Origin: Camelus ferus
Lineage: Eukaryota
Reading direction: 5' to 3'
DNA length: 64,000 nt
NCBI RefSeq assembly: GCF_009834535.1
Contig: NC_045697.1
Span: 101,124,001-101,188,000 of the forward strand
Made by a program: the position numbers and the translations under genes. Positions 1 through 11,120 of this stretch are shown one piece after another; the stretch's first letter is position 1; every line of letters begins with the position of its first letter. Below the pieces are notes generated by a model. That model saw only the letters and a list, made by a program, of their open reading frames with translations. It made no database searches and was not told where the DNA came from.

Positions 1-1555
1 CTTGGAGAAAAAGTTGGTCCACAGGGAGGCACTGTCTTAACAACTGAGATTTCCCAAGGGGTCATGGAAAGACTTGCTCCTCTGTTCTGTACATCCTTTC
101 ATCAGAAAAGGAAGCCTGTGAATGCTAATAAAGCTTCTTTTCTTGCAAGTATAAATAAATATTACAGATTGAGCCCAATATAGCCTGATGGAAACATACC
201 TTCCCCTCTGATGAAAGTTCATTTCTTATACCTGCTACAGACTCTTCACAGGGAAAATAGAAGAGATAAATCCATGCCTCTCAAGGGCACAATAGGCCAG
301 GGTACAGAGGATAGGGGGCATCTTGAACAGAAAAGTGGGCTTATCCAAACAAGGATTTAGGGAAATAATCATCTAGCTCCAAGTTCCCCCAATAGCACTA
401 TTCTTACCTTACCATCCCTAAGAGAACCGGCCACTTCCCTAAGGCTGTAAGACTTTTGCTCCCGAGAATGCAATTTTTTCTTTACTTCTCAAATTCTAGA
501 TGTTGGGTCTGGTTTCTCAGAAATGTTACACATATATCCTTGTTCACTGTACTCCAGAAAATTAGATGCCACTTAACAACTGATGGGCCAATTTGGGTTA
601 TGTTTCCGGTCCAATAAATGACTGGACTCCTTTACATGGTTTCACAGTTACCACTCCATACCCGTGACTACATCCAGGTTAAATCAATTTACATCCTGCA
701 TTAAGAGATACATGCAACATTTAAAAAGCCTCATAGCCCCTCTTACTTTGCCAGTATAATACGCTTTCCTATTCTTAGTTTCTTCTGCCTTTCTGTTCTT
801 TACTCTTCCTTTCTCTCAGGAATTTTAAGACAGCGATTTTCTGAAACCTAGGATGTCAACGTCTATAGTTCAGATCTCCTGAGTGGATTTAGCAGACAAT
901 ACTGCCTCGTTCCGGGGGCACCGCATTCCATGATAATTCAACTGTCTGTGGGAAAACGGCAGAATACACAGTGTCCTGGAATCGTACTAATATCCACACA
1001 AGTGCACTGCACAAGTAGTCAGGAACACGCTATTCACTTGTGAGGATGTTCTTAAGGCTACTTCTTAGAAAAATGTGGCTCTTTGTCATTGCAGAGCTGA
1101 TGTATGCCCATTAATAATATTCTTCCATGTTTACTCTGTATTCTCTGTAGAATCTTTCAGAGTCTCTAATCCACTGAGTCTACTAGCATTGCTCCTTGCC
1201 TTCTCTGTTCATTTCAGCTCATTTTCAACTGCTAGGGCCTACTTTCTATGATTTTCCTCATTTAGTATTATTTTTCTCATTTGTGTTCTCTTTGGCCATC
1301 TCAGATGTCCTCGCTAACACATGTTTCTCTCATCACTCTGAAGGATGAGGTTATCAAAATCATCACTTATATATTTATAAGACTTGGGACTATTGGGGTC
1401 AGGAATACATCTCTCTTAACAAACAACTGCTTCTCCCTTCAGTTAAGTAACTGCTTTTTAAGTCTTCATAGCAATAAAACAAAAAATGTGTTATTTTCCC
1501 CTTAACAACTATGTGGGAGATTTTAATTTACATATATTTCCCTAAAGAGTGTGTG

Positions 1556-1603
1556 AAATATTACTCATGTTGGTCTGTGTAGATACCAACATGAGTAATA
1601 TTT
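1556..1603. repeat. Perfect 19-bp inverted repeat with 10-nt spacer
   Basis: aaatattactcatgttggt (1556-1574) and its exact reverse complement accaacatgagtaatattt (1585-1603). Confidence 0.95.
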
Positions 1604-2664
1604 GTTGGGAAAATTTTTAAAATGTATAAAAGTTGGTGTGAAAAATGTGATTAGAAAATTTGGACTTTTTTTCTTCTTTTTCTTTTTTCTCCATCCCCCC
1701 CTTTTTTTCTGTTTTCCTTTGTCTTTTAAGACACTGAGTTCAAAATATTAATACTCCAAATTCAAAATCAGAATCTTACTTTTCAAGGAGGATAAGCATA
1801 CCCACATAACTTGAACCAACAGTATTAATTTTTGGTTTCTAGAAAGTTAGAGGGCGGAAAAAGTAACTCAGAGTTTAAGGTTGAATGATAAGAAATCAAT
1901 GCAAGGAATCAGTACACACCCACAGAGACTAATCAATAAACAAATAAACAAGCAAACAAATAAATAAAGCCAAACTAATGAAAAGATTCCTTAGACATAG
2001 TGAAATGATGCTAGATTGTTTGTTTCTATACTACAACAATAAAATGCTAATATAATGTGAATTTTAAGGTTGTTCTCAATTAAGACACTACAGGATAATA
2101 CAGGAAGCATGCAGAGAAGATGGGGGTGGGGGCAGGAAGTACGATTTACTGCCTACTGTGCACCAGGTGACACTGGGTTTAAACTTTGCTTGTGTTAGCT
2201 CAAGTCTAGAACAGCGATGTACCTGTTGCTGCCTCATAATTCCTTTACTTCCCCACATCTGTATTTTTGACTAAGCAGTCAGATTTGTAGATCCCAACAT
2301 ATGGCTCACCGATGAAGACTATGTTTTGCTTATTTTTTACCAATAGCTCAGCAGCCTGAGTTAATTTTTTGTTAATAACATCACTCTGCTCCGTCTGGTC
2401 CTGCGCCCGTCCCATGGTGATTTAGCTTTGTAACGAGAATTTTTAAGCCTCTCAACACTCTGATAATAGAATCCAAATAAACCTTGAGGAAAGGATGAGG
2501 CTAATGCCAAAGGGAGGAAGCAGATGACAGAATTATTGAGGAATACAGGTAATAATTTGCATTAGGGAATTTAAGAGATTTTGTTATAGAAATATTGAAA
2601 TACTGCTTCAGAATTCTTGCTACACTGAGATTTGAGCACCACTGCTTCTAAATTTCCTTTCAGC

Positions 2665-4985
2665 TGACTCATTTGTAAATTAAACTAATTTCCTTGATGT
2701 CAAATGCTAGATTCAGATTGTTGGGAAATAGACCCTGAAATAAAATTTGTTACTTTTCTTCCCCCATAACAGAACAACATAAAAATATGCCACCATATTT
2801 TAGATGTATCTGTGTGTGTTAAATAAAAACATGTTGGCCTTTGGGAAAAAAAATGTCTAAGAAGATGAAATTCACTTCTATAGTTGGAACATTATACTAA
2901 AATAAACTAACCACTCAGTACTGGTTCTCAATTTAAGTATCATTGAAGAATCTATATAGGAAAAAAAAAAAAAGGAATCTCTGCCTGCAACAATGGTGCT
3001 CTTGGGAAATGCACTCTGATTGTGCTCCAGAGCAGGGAACATGCCAGCTATACAGAAAACAGCATATCTGCATATGAAAAGAGCAAATTTGGTTGAAATC
3101 ACTGTTGTCAACACCAGAAGTCTCTCCTCCTCTAGCTTCTCCCCTGCCTCCTCAGGTTCCCTCCTGTCAATCCTTAGAAAATTCTATTTTGTCTGGTTTT
3201 TGTGACTATTACCTAGGTCGCTGTGACTCCATCCTTGAGCAACTGAAGTAAAAACAAGTCTGTGCTTGTGTCTCTTCCGGTTTTAATATTCCATGCTCTA
3301 TGATGTAAACCCCAAACCGGCATGGCATCGTCGCCTAAAACTGCATAGAGTCTCGGCTCTTTGTGAGCATGCTCACAAAATCCACACTCCACTTCGGAAA
3401 CAAGTTCTTGCAGCTTTTGGCTGCTCTTTTCAGCAAGAACATATGTGCTGCTTAAGCAAGGATGAAAATGTTATTCCAAGAATGGAAGCAGGTCTCTCCA
3501 AATACTAAAAGAAATGTCCGTGAGTCAGTTAATGGAAATCTGTAGTGTTAGAACTAGGGTCACAGAAGAGGAAGAAACACAGGGAACAATCTTAAATCTT
3601 TTATCCATCCAGGGACCAAAACGACAACATTTTTTCAGAACTGCCATTTTGACATGGGAGCCAAGAGGATTCCCGATCAGGACAAGCATAGAACCCATCC
3701 GTAGATCCACATGATTAGTGGGGAGGGGGTGCTTCCTTGATTTACCTCTGAACCAAAAAATGAGGCCAGTTTGGCTGGTGGAGATAGTTATAGGATGAGG
3801 TGGCAGAAAAGTCGGAGCCTGAGTCACCAAAGGTGGGTGGCCAAGAAAAGTGCACTCAAAGTTGTTGAACTCTGAGGGCACAGAATGATGTCTAGGAGGT
3901 GTTTGGAAGACTGAGAAAGAATAAACGAAACAGGGACCTGGGATGTGGCCTTCAGCCATTGACAGACTCCTGAGGGAATCTGAGGTCCATTTGTTTGGAC
4001 AGGAAGTAGCAAGCAATCTGGAAAGCAGCTGTTTAACGTGAATGAGTTCACACACAAAACATTGACTCATGGTATGGGTTTCACCAAATCCTGCATGAAG
4101 CGATTTTTAGACATGCTTTCCTGAACCAAAACGTTTTAGAAAACTGCATTGTATCATACTGTGCCCAAGAGCTTAAATTTTATAAGGTATTTAAATTAAG
4201 GTAATCTTTAAACTTTCAGTAATATTTTCCCCATAAATGTTTTCAGCTTAGCAGTTATATGTGGATTTTTTTCCATTTCATAAAAAAATTAATGAGATTT
4301 TATGAAATTCCTGACCCTCTAGTGCCAAATATTTCACAAGTAGATTTAAAGTATTAAATCAAAGCCATACATGGATAGATTAGGAAATAAGGGGGGAAAG
4401 GGAAGCATGAGAGGAACAGATGGTTCTTGAGGGATAATTCACCTCTCATTTTATTGTCTCTACCTGGAACATCCTTTGTGGGGGGCAAGTTATCAGTCCC
4501 TATTTTTCTTGAGTCTCTTGAGTCAACCATATGTGTAATTTCTTTGAGGGAAAAAAATTCTCAATATTCATGTTGAATATGGGGCCTTCAGGGTATCAAT
4601 TCTCCCATCATAAGATGATTGACTCACAGGAAGTAAGACTAGGTTGGTACAGATAGTAAAGCTAGAAATGACTAGTGAGCCGGGAGACATGACACAAGAG
4701 GAGGAAGACGAGTGGGTCTGTGGGTGAGACATCAAATGTGGACTAGCTTGAGGCAGAAAGAGTCTTATTATCCAGAGCAAAATCCACAAGTTCAACAGTA
4801 TATGGCAAGAACGTAGACCAGACAGCTTGAAAGTGGGAGAGAGCAGTTATAAGAGAATCAGAGTTTGAAGGAAATAAAGAGCACGCATCTCAGAACATTT
4901 GGGGTCTCCAAGGAGCACTCCCAGCTCAGCAGAGCACCTGTGAGCTGAATGTAGCATGCTTCAGAGCCCCAGCTAGACAGGAAGT
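2665..4985. promoter_or_regulatory. Candidate intronic enhancer: AP-1 and ETS motif cluster
   Basis: TGA(C/G)TCA at 2665, 3521, 3820, 4063, 4519 and 4620. ACAGGAAGT at ~3999, ~4626 and ~4977. Confidence 0.4.
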
Positions 4986-5149
4986 CTCAGAACAAAGGAG
5001 TAGTGGTTTACACCACCTGAACTAAATTAAAAGAGAACCACCCTCTCAGCAAGTCCCAGACATGTGGTAGGCTAGGTGAAAATATGAGACATCTGTTTGA
5101 AGTTCTCCTTGGCACTTCTTTCTCGCTCTGTGTAGTCAAAAGCCAAAGG

Positions 5150-5640
5150 TTCAAGGTCATAGATTCCAGTCCTGACTGGGTGACTCTGGGTATGTTATGG
5201 AATCCCAGTATCCTCGTCTAGAAAGGGGCATGATAATTACAGTTATTCTCACTGAGTGCTTGTGAAGGACTAAACAGGTGGGGGGAGAAAAAAGACGTAT
5301 TAATTTCCTAATGATATATTGATAATGGACTTCTCACTTTCATGTATGTTAGCTCAAACACTCTGTGAAATAGGAATTATTACCCACAACTGATAGGTAA
5401 GGAGTCAGAGTTTCCTAGAGGTTAAGGGGTTCACCCAAAATAATCACTAAAAAATACCCTTAAACCACCATTTATGCACCTAGCACCATTCTTAGTACTT
5501 TAAGTACACTGCCTCATTTAATTTACAAAACAACCCCATAAAGATGAATTGTTCAGAATTGCACAGGGAGACGGTAACAGAATCTGAATTCAAATGCTCG
5601 CAGAATAGCAACCCAGTCCATGTCTCTTCAACACTGCCTT
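5150..5640. mobile_element. Cluster of MIR SINE fragments
   Basis: MIR-core-like motifs (ctgggtgactctggg...cctcgtctagaaaggggcatgataat; attattacccac...taaggagtcagag; ctcatttaatttacaaaacaaccccat). Confidence 0.6.
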
Positions 5641-6146
5641 CTCTCAAGATTACACGTTGTAGCTGAAATCTAGGTTCAAATCTCTGGATGCCAATCCATT
5701 TCTACTATTTTTTGTCTCCTCTCCTTCTTGTTATTTGTGTATGTATGTTCTTACAACATACAGGAAGACTATGTGCTCCCTGATGGTATCATAATACAGA
5801 AATCTTGAAGTTACCTTGTGAAGAATTTGGGGCATGAAATTCTGCACAAGTAAGCAACCATTAGCTATCCAGTCCAATGACAGAAACCACTTGCCCAGCT
5901 CAGCCTATGACTAATTCCTCCTGTCAGTTCACTCCAGATGAACCCCAAGGGCAGTCAGGCTTTATCCTTTCTAATAAAATTTGCTAACAACAAAATATCA
6001 ACGGTTAAATAATTGTCCTCATTGAGAATACAAAAATGAATTGCTCTTTACAAACAACTGTGCTAGCAAAAGCTACAAAACCTTTCAAAGGCATTTCTAA
6101 ATATATAAATTTATTTTATGAAGAAATATGAGTAAAAGAGCAGTGG

Positions 6147-7140
6147 CATTCACCCATGCGTTCAGTTCATGGATATTTATTGAATGTCTAAATGTGCCCA
6201 CCATGATTCTAGGTGACAGTTTCATAGCAGTGAACAGGAAAGCAAGTTCCCTATTTTATGGAGCTTATAGTCTAGTAAGACATAAAATAAAAAAAAAAAT
6301 TAGTGAGAATTTTAAACAGAGTGATTAAATTGGAAATGCTGGGGGGAGCATGGATCAAGAAAAGCTTCTCTGATGAAGTGACAGCTGAGTGTGACCAAAA
6401 ACTAGCAAGGAGCCAGCTGGGGGGTGGGGGTGGGGAGCCAGAGAACAAGACTGAGGAGGTGCAGAGTGAGCCTGCAGAGTGACTGAAGATCAGCATGGGT
6501 GAGGCGAGAAGGGTCAGCTCTTTAAGCTCCTTGCGGAGTGTCATGAGGACCCCCTTAACTGGCTCAGGTCGGAGCTGAGACCACCTTAGAACTGAACTAC
6601 ATCGGTGGCAATGGATGGAGGTGGTCAAATTCAGAATATTGAACACAGAAATTATAGGACTTGATGATGGATTTGACATGAGGTTGGGGAAAAAGAAGAA
6701 TCAAGGAAGAGCTATAGTTTGAGGATTTGTGTAACTGAATGGATGGTGATATACTTTAGGGGGAGAGATATCTTTGGGGGAATAAGATGTTTAGGGGGAC
6801 AAGAAATGGGAATCAAGAAATCAGGTTTTCATATGATCCAGCAAGCCCACTCCCGGGCACATATCCGGAGAAATCTCTAATCTGAAAAGATACATCCACC
6901 CCAATGTTCACAGCAGCACTGTATACAACAGCCAAGACATGGAAGCAACCTAAGTGTCCATCAACAGATGACTGGATAAAGAAGCTGTGGTATAGTTACA
7001 CAATGGAATACCATTCTGCCATAAAAATAAAATAATGCCATTTGCAGCAACACGGATGGACCTGGAGATTATGATATTAAGTTAAGTAAGTCAGGTTTTA
7101 ACTGTCTTGAATTTAAAATACCACCTAGAAAGTCAAGTAT
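6147..7140 (-). mobile_element. L2 LINE 3' fragment, interrupted by an L1 piece at 6830-7094
   Basis: Begins cattcacccatgcgttcagttcatggatatttattgaatgtc (antisense L2 3' end), has a purine-rich L2 body, and resumes after the L1 insert. Confidence 0.7.
6830..7094 (+). mobile_element. L1 internal fragment (ORF2 end/3'UTR start) with no poly(A)
   Basis: catatgatccagcaagcccactccc...atggaagcaacctaagtgtccatcaacagatgactggataaagaag...aagtaagtcag. Confidence 0.9.
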
Positions 7141-7454
7141 TTTGAGCAAATGACATCGTGGCATTCAGAGAGAAAGGATCAATATTACAGAGTAAAGGAG
7201 TCCTCCAAGGACCTGATCGTAAGATCTGATTGTAGATCTCTCGGATATAGAATTAAAGATATAAGGAGAACTATAAAACGATATAGGATTCTGGCTAAAA
7301 ACCTTGGTCTTAAAGGTGTACTCTCTTGTCACGGATCTACCTTGATTTACTTTGAGATGTTTTTTCCCCTTAATGACAAAATGACCTTTGGTGTCTGAAA
7401 TAGCCAAAAGTGCATTTTTCTTCTTTCATGCACAGAAGTCTCACAATCCACAGT

Positions 7455-7640
7455 GACCGAAAAACTGGGCTCTAGAGGCAGTCTGCCAAGATTCAAAACT
7501 TAACTCCTCAGCCTCTCCGTAATTCAGTTCCCAAAATGTAGACAATAACATTGCCTAATTAGTTATTGTGAGAATTATATGAGATAAAGTTGATAAAATA
7601 CTTATTTCAGACGCTAGCACATATCCAATAAATGTTTGCT
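7455..7640. mobile_element. MIR fragment
   Basis: gggctctagaggcagtctgcc...gttattgtgagaattatatgagataa...aataaatgtttgctat. Confidence 0.6.
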
Positions 7641-9250
7641 ATCCTTAAAAAAAAATGACCCCCTAGGTGAGCAAGTGGAGATGTTTACTAGCCAGTTGTA
7701 AAAGGGAGCAGAGAGTTTCACTGAAAAGTGAAGGTTAAAGTTACAAATTTGGAGACAAAGATCCATAAATGTTATTTAAAGCATGGACTTTGAAACTGCT
7801 TAGAGCAAGAGGGTGTTTAAGCTTTGTGAGTATTGGGATAAAACAGATATTCTGAATTTGAACAAGTTTTGAGTGGGAAAACCTTTTCTGCTCAGACTGA
7901 CTTCTGCCACCCCAACCCTATAGATGACAGACAAGAACTATCTCTTTGTCATTGGTAAAGCAGAGGTAATGTTGGAGTAAGGGGCAGAGCACTTGAAAAG
8001 CTTTGGACTTTCTCCTACCAGACAGACAAGTTCAGACAAGTCACTCAACCCCTCTGAGAGTCAGCTTCTGCCCTGTAAAATGGGGAGAGCACCACCACTG
8101 CGAACTGCAAAAGGTCAAAGCTCAAGTAAGAAGCATCTGGGAAAAGACTGTTCCATATAGTGGACATGTGACAGACTTTTCCTTAATCCTGCATTCCACT
8201 CTACGAGGCCCCTCCCCCGGCCTGGTTCCCAGGTGGCCTCGGATACATTTGGATGCCATCTGCTCGACAAGAAGCTAGAGTGACAAATTTCAGCCACACA
8301 GACAGAAGCATCAGGGAACCTCGCCCCCTCATAACCTCAGCGACTTCCTCATGAGCAAAGCCGCTAGGTAGTCCTGACTCCTCAATTACCCATAGTAGGA
8401 ACAGGTGCGGCAGAGGTAGACTTGTTCCAGTGACCAGCGCGCTCAGTAAGGAGACAATGGAGGGAAGCTAGTAATTAGGTGGATACACACAAAGAGAAGA
8501 AAACTGGGTGGGGCATGTTGATCATGAATGAAAGACACAGATTAAAAAAAAAAAGGTAGAAAGTGAACATTAAAAAAAAAAGCAAACTTCTAATTTATTA
8601 ATTTGCTAAACAAAAATTTTAATAACAAATAATTTGTAAATATGTGGAATAATCTGCTTAGGTCCATGAGGTTAAACCTGGTCAAAGACCTCCCTTAACT
8701 AAATGTCCTAAATGTGAACAGAAGGATAGATAGAATTTATTTCAACAAAATTCAGTTAGATGGTCCACTTGCGGCAAAAAGGAAGTGAGAAGAGATGTTC
8801 GTCTCTTATATACTATTCACGTATTAACCGATGTCACGTATCTCAACCTCCTGAAGAATGTCAAGCCAGAATTTAGACCAGCATCAGTGAGAACAGGCTA
8901 CTTTCAGCTGCAGCACATGTTAAATCCCGAGTAGCCAGAAACCACTGCCCACCCGACAGACCTGCTAAGAAGCTCTAATTGGTTCATTTTCTTTTCCTTC
9001 AATTAATTCTCTAATTAGATCAGCAGTACAAAAACATGATATAGGTCTTAGATAACTGTTTTATGGTTTTTCCTTTCCTGATCTTGTCCTTTTATTAATC
9101 AGCCCCAAGGAACATGGTCTTTGGAGTTAAAAAATCTGTGTTCCTCCACTTCCTAGCCTTATACCCTTGGGCAAGTGGCTGAATTCATCTGTGAAACAGG
9201 AATAGAGAAGCACCTAGAAGATCTGTTGTAAGATCAGAGATAAAATGTGA

Positions 9251-10085
9251 AAAGACACAGTGGAAAGATCCTTGTGTATGCAAACTCTGCAAAGGTAGCC
9301 AATTGCTAGGGGCATAGCATGGCTACCGAGTCTGCTGTGTCCAGCTCAGCATGGCCCGAGCCTCCCCTGAGCTTCATCTAGCCCAGCCCCCAAACCAGTA
9401 AGACTCAATACTTGGCACTTAGGAGTCCAATAAATGATAGCAATTACTATGTACAAAAATGCAGTTCCAAGACCTCTTGTTCAAGAAAGTACAGTGATTT
9501 ACCTATGGTTATATTCAAAATAACAAAGGTTAACCAATCCCTAATATATGTCAGATACCAGCTTAAGTGCTTTATGTATATTAATTAGTTTGATCCCAAC
9601 AAGAACCATCTAAGGTAGACACGGATATCCTTCCTATTTTATAGAGAAGAAAACAGAGAAATCAGAGACATTATGTAATTTTTCCCAAGTCACATGGCTA
9701 GGTGGTAGCAAAGACAGCGAAAATGCGAGAGTGGTCTCTGTGCTCCTGTCTCTTAGCTGGCAGGCTATATTGTGTTCCCACTCAGATTGTAGACTAAAAT
9801 CTGAGCCTGAAACGCAAAACCACTGTCAATTATTTTTGTTTTTGTGTTGATAAATTGTTGTTTTGAGAAATATGTCTTCCAAACTATTGCTAGTTACCCA
9901 TGCTGTCAAAATTGAGATAGCTCAAAGAAAGACACATTGGGAAGATCCCTGTGTATGCAAACTGCACAGGTAGGCAGTTGTCAGGGCACAGCGTGGCTGC
10001 AGCCTGCTGTGTCCAGCTCTGCATGGTCCGAGCCTTCCCTGAGCTTCATCTAGCACAGCCCCAAAGCCAGGAAGACTCAGTTCTT
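9251..10085 (+). repeat. Diverged direct repeat, ~160-bp unit (copies 9251-9413 and 9928-10085), with a MIR fragment between
   Basis: Colinear shared blocks: aagatcc.tgtgtatgcaaact, ctgctgtgtccagctc.gcatgg, cctgagcttcatctagc, aagactca. Confidence 0.9.
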
Positions 10086-10349
10086 CCTGATGCCTAAATA
10101 CAAATCTCAAGTGACAAAACAATGTTTAAAGACTTGCATTCACCTAGAATTTTAGAACAGGTTTCTAATAAATGTGCAACAATTGTAAAATACTGCAAGA
10201 GGATTTCTAGAGCCTTAATTTATTTTTAGAGTGGGATTATAAGTAATAAAGAGGAAAACGTAAATGAGCAGTAAACTCATCACCTCGGGAAATGAGCTGT
10301 AGGATTTTGTTTCATATAGTTGGCTGCTCTCTTTGCCTAAATTGTCTCT

Positions 10350-11120
10350 TGTGTTCCTTCTAAACCAGCTGAAATCCTGCTCATCCTTCCAGGCTTGGTG
10401 CAAATGCTACCTCCTCTGAGATGTTGTTTCTGATCCCACGATTGTATTTAATCACTTTTTGCTCAGTACTGCCATAGTTCTTGGCTTATGCCTTTGTTTT
10501 GCCCTTATCACCATCTGCCTGGCCTTATAGTTGTTTGTCTCCACCACCTCCTGGAAATTCTTGAGAAGCAGGAATCTAGAAGGATGGGGTGTAGCCCGAT
10601 GCTTAAAAGCAGGAGCTTCAGACTCAGACTTGGATCTGACTCAGCTTGGATCCTGACTCTGTCACTCAACTTCCATAAGATCTTTGGAAAAGTGGATCAT
10701 TGGGAATCTTACATTTCTCATCTCTCTTTTGAAGATAATATGAGGGAACATGTTCTGGGCTCAGGCTCCTGGATTCAAATCTTGGGCTCATTATTTGACC
10801 TGTTTATGTCTAAGTTTCCTTTCCTATAAAACAAGGAAGAGCATAGAGCAATTATTCCATAATGAAATTGTGCAAATTAATTAATTTATGTAAATTATCT
10901 AGAACAAGGTATGTGGAACAAATAAGCCCTCCATAAACGTTAGTTATTTTTAATGTTATTATCCTGTCGAACTGTGGTGAGGAAAACATAGCATCCTGTT
11001 TGTAAAGAGGTAAGCACATGGTAGATGTTCAAAAAATGTGAGCGATGACCGTGATCTCCTGGTGCTTTGCACAATGCCTCGTCTTTAGAAGGTGCCCCCC
11101 CCCCAATTATTGTTCAGTGG
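10350..11120. mobile_element. L2 3' fragment (+) interrupted by MIR fragments (~10590-11040)
   Basis: tcctgctcatccttccaggc...aaatgctacctcctctgag...cttgagaagcagg; MIR ctggattcaaatc and tttcctttctataaaac; L2 end gcacaatgcctcg...tattgttcagtggaatg. Confidence 0.55.

Noticed and set aside
16..35. CTCF-like motif ccacagggaggcactg (also ggccactagaaggaactg at ~42667)
   Set aside because: Several core mismatches; not supportable without a PWM score or ChIP data.
3525..4070. 181-aa minus-strand ORF
   Set aside because: No recognisable domain, no INPP4B similarity and no convincing splice boundaries. Probably a chance frame, though PhyloCSF would settle it.
6419..6436. G-runs or G4-like tracts (also the poly-G at ~19009 and poly-C at ~11095)
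   Set aside because: Short simple runs, mostly inside repeats, and expected by chance.
6272..6679. 135-aa ORF
   Set aside because: Derived from the L2 relic.
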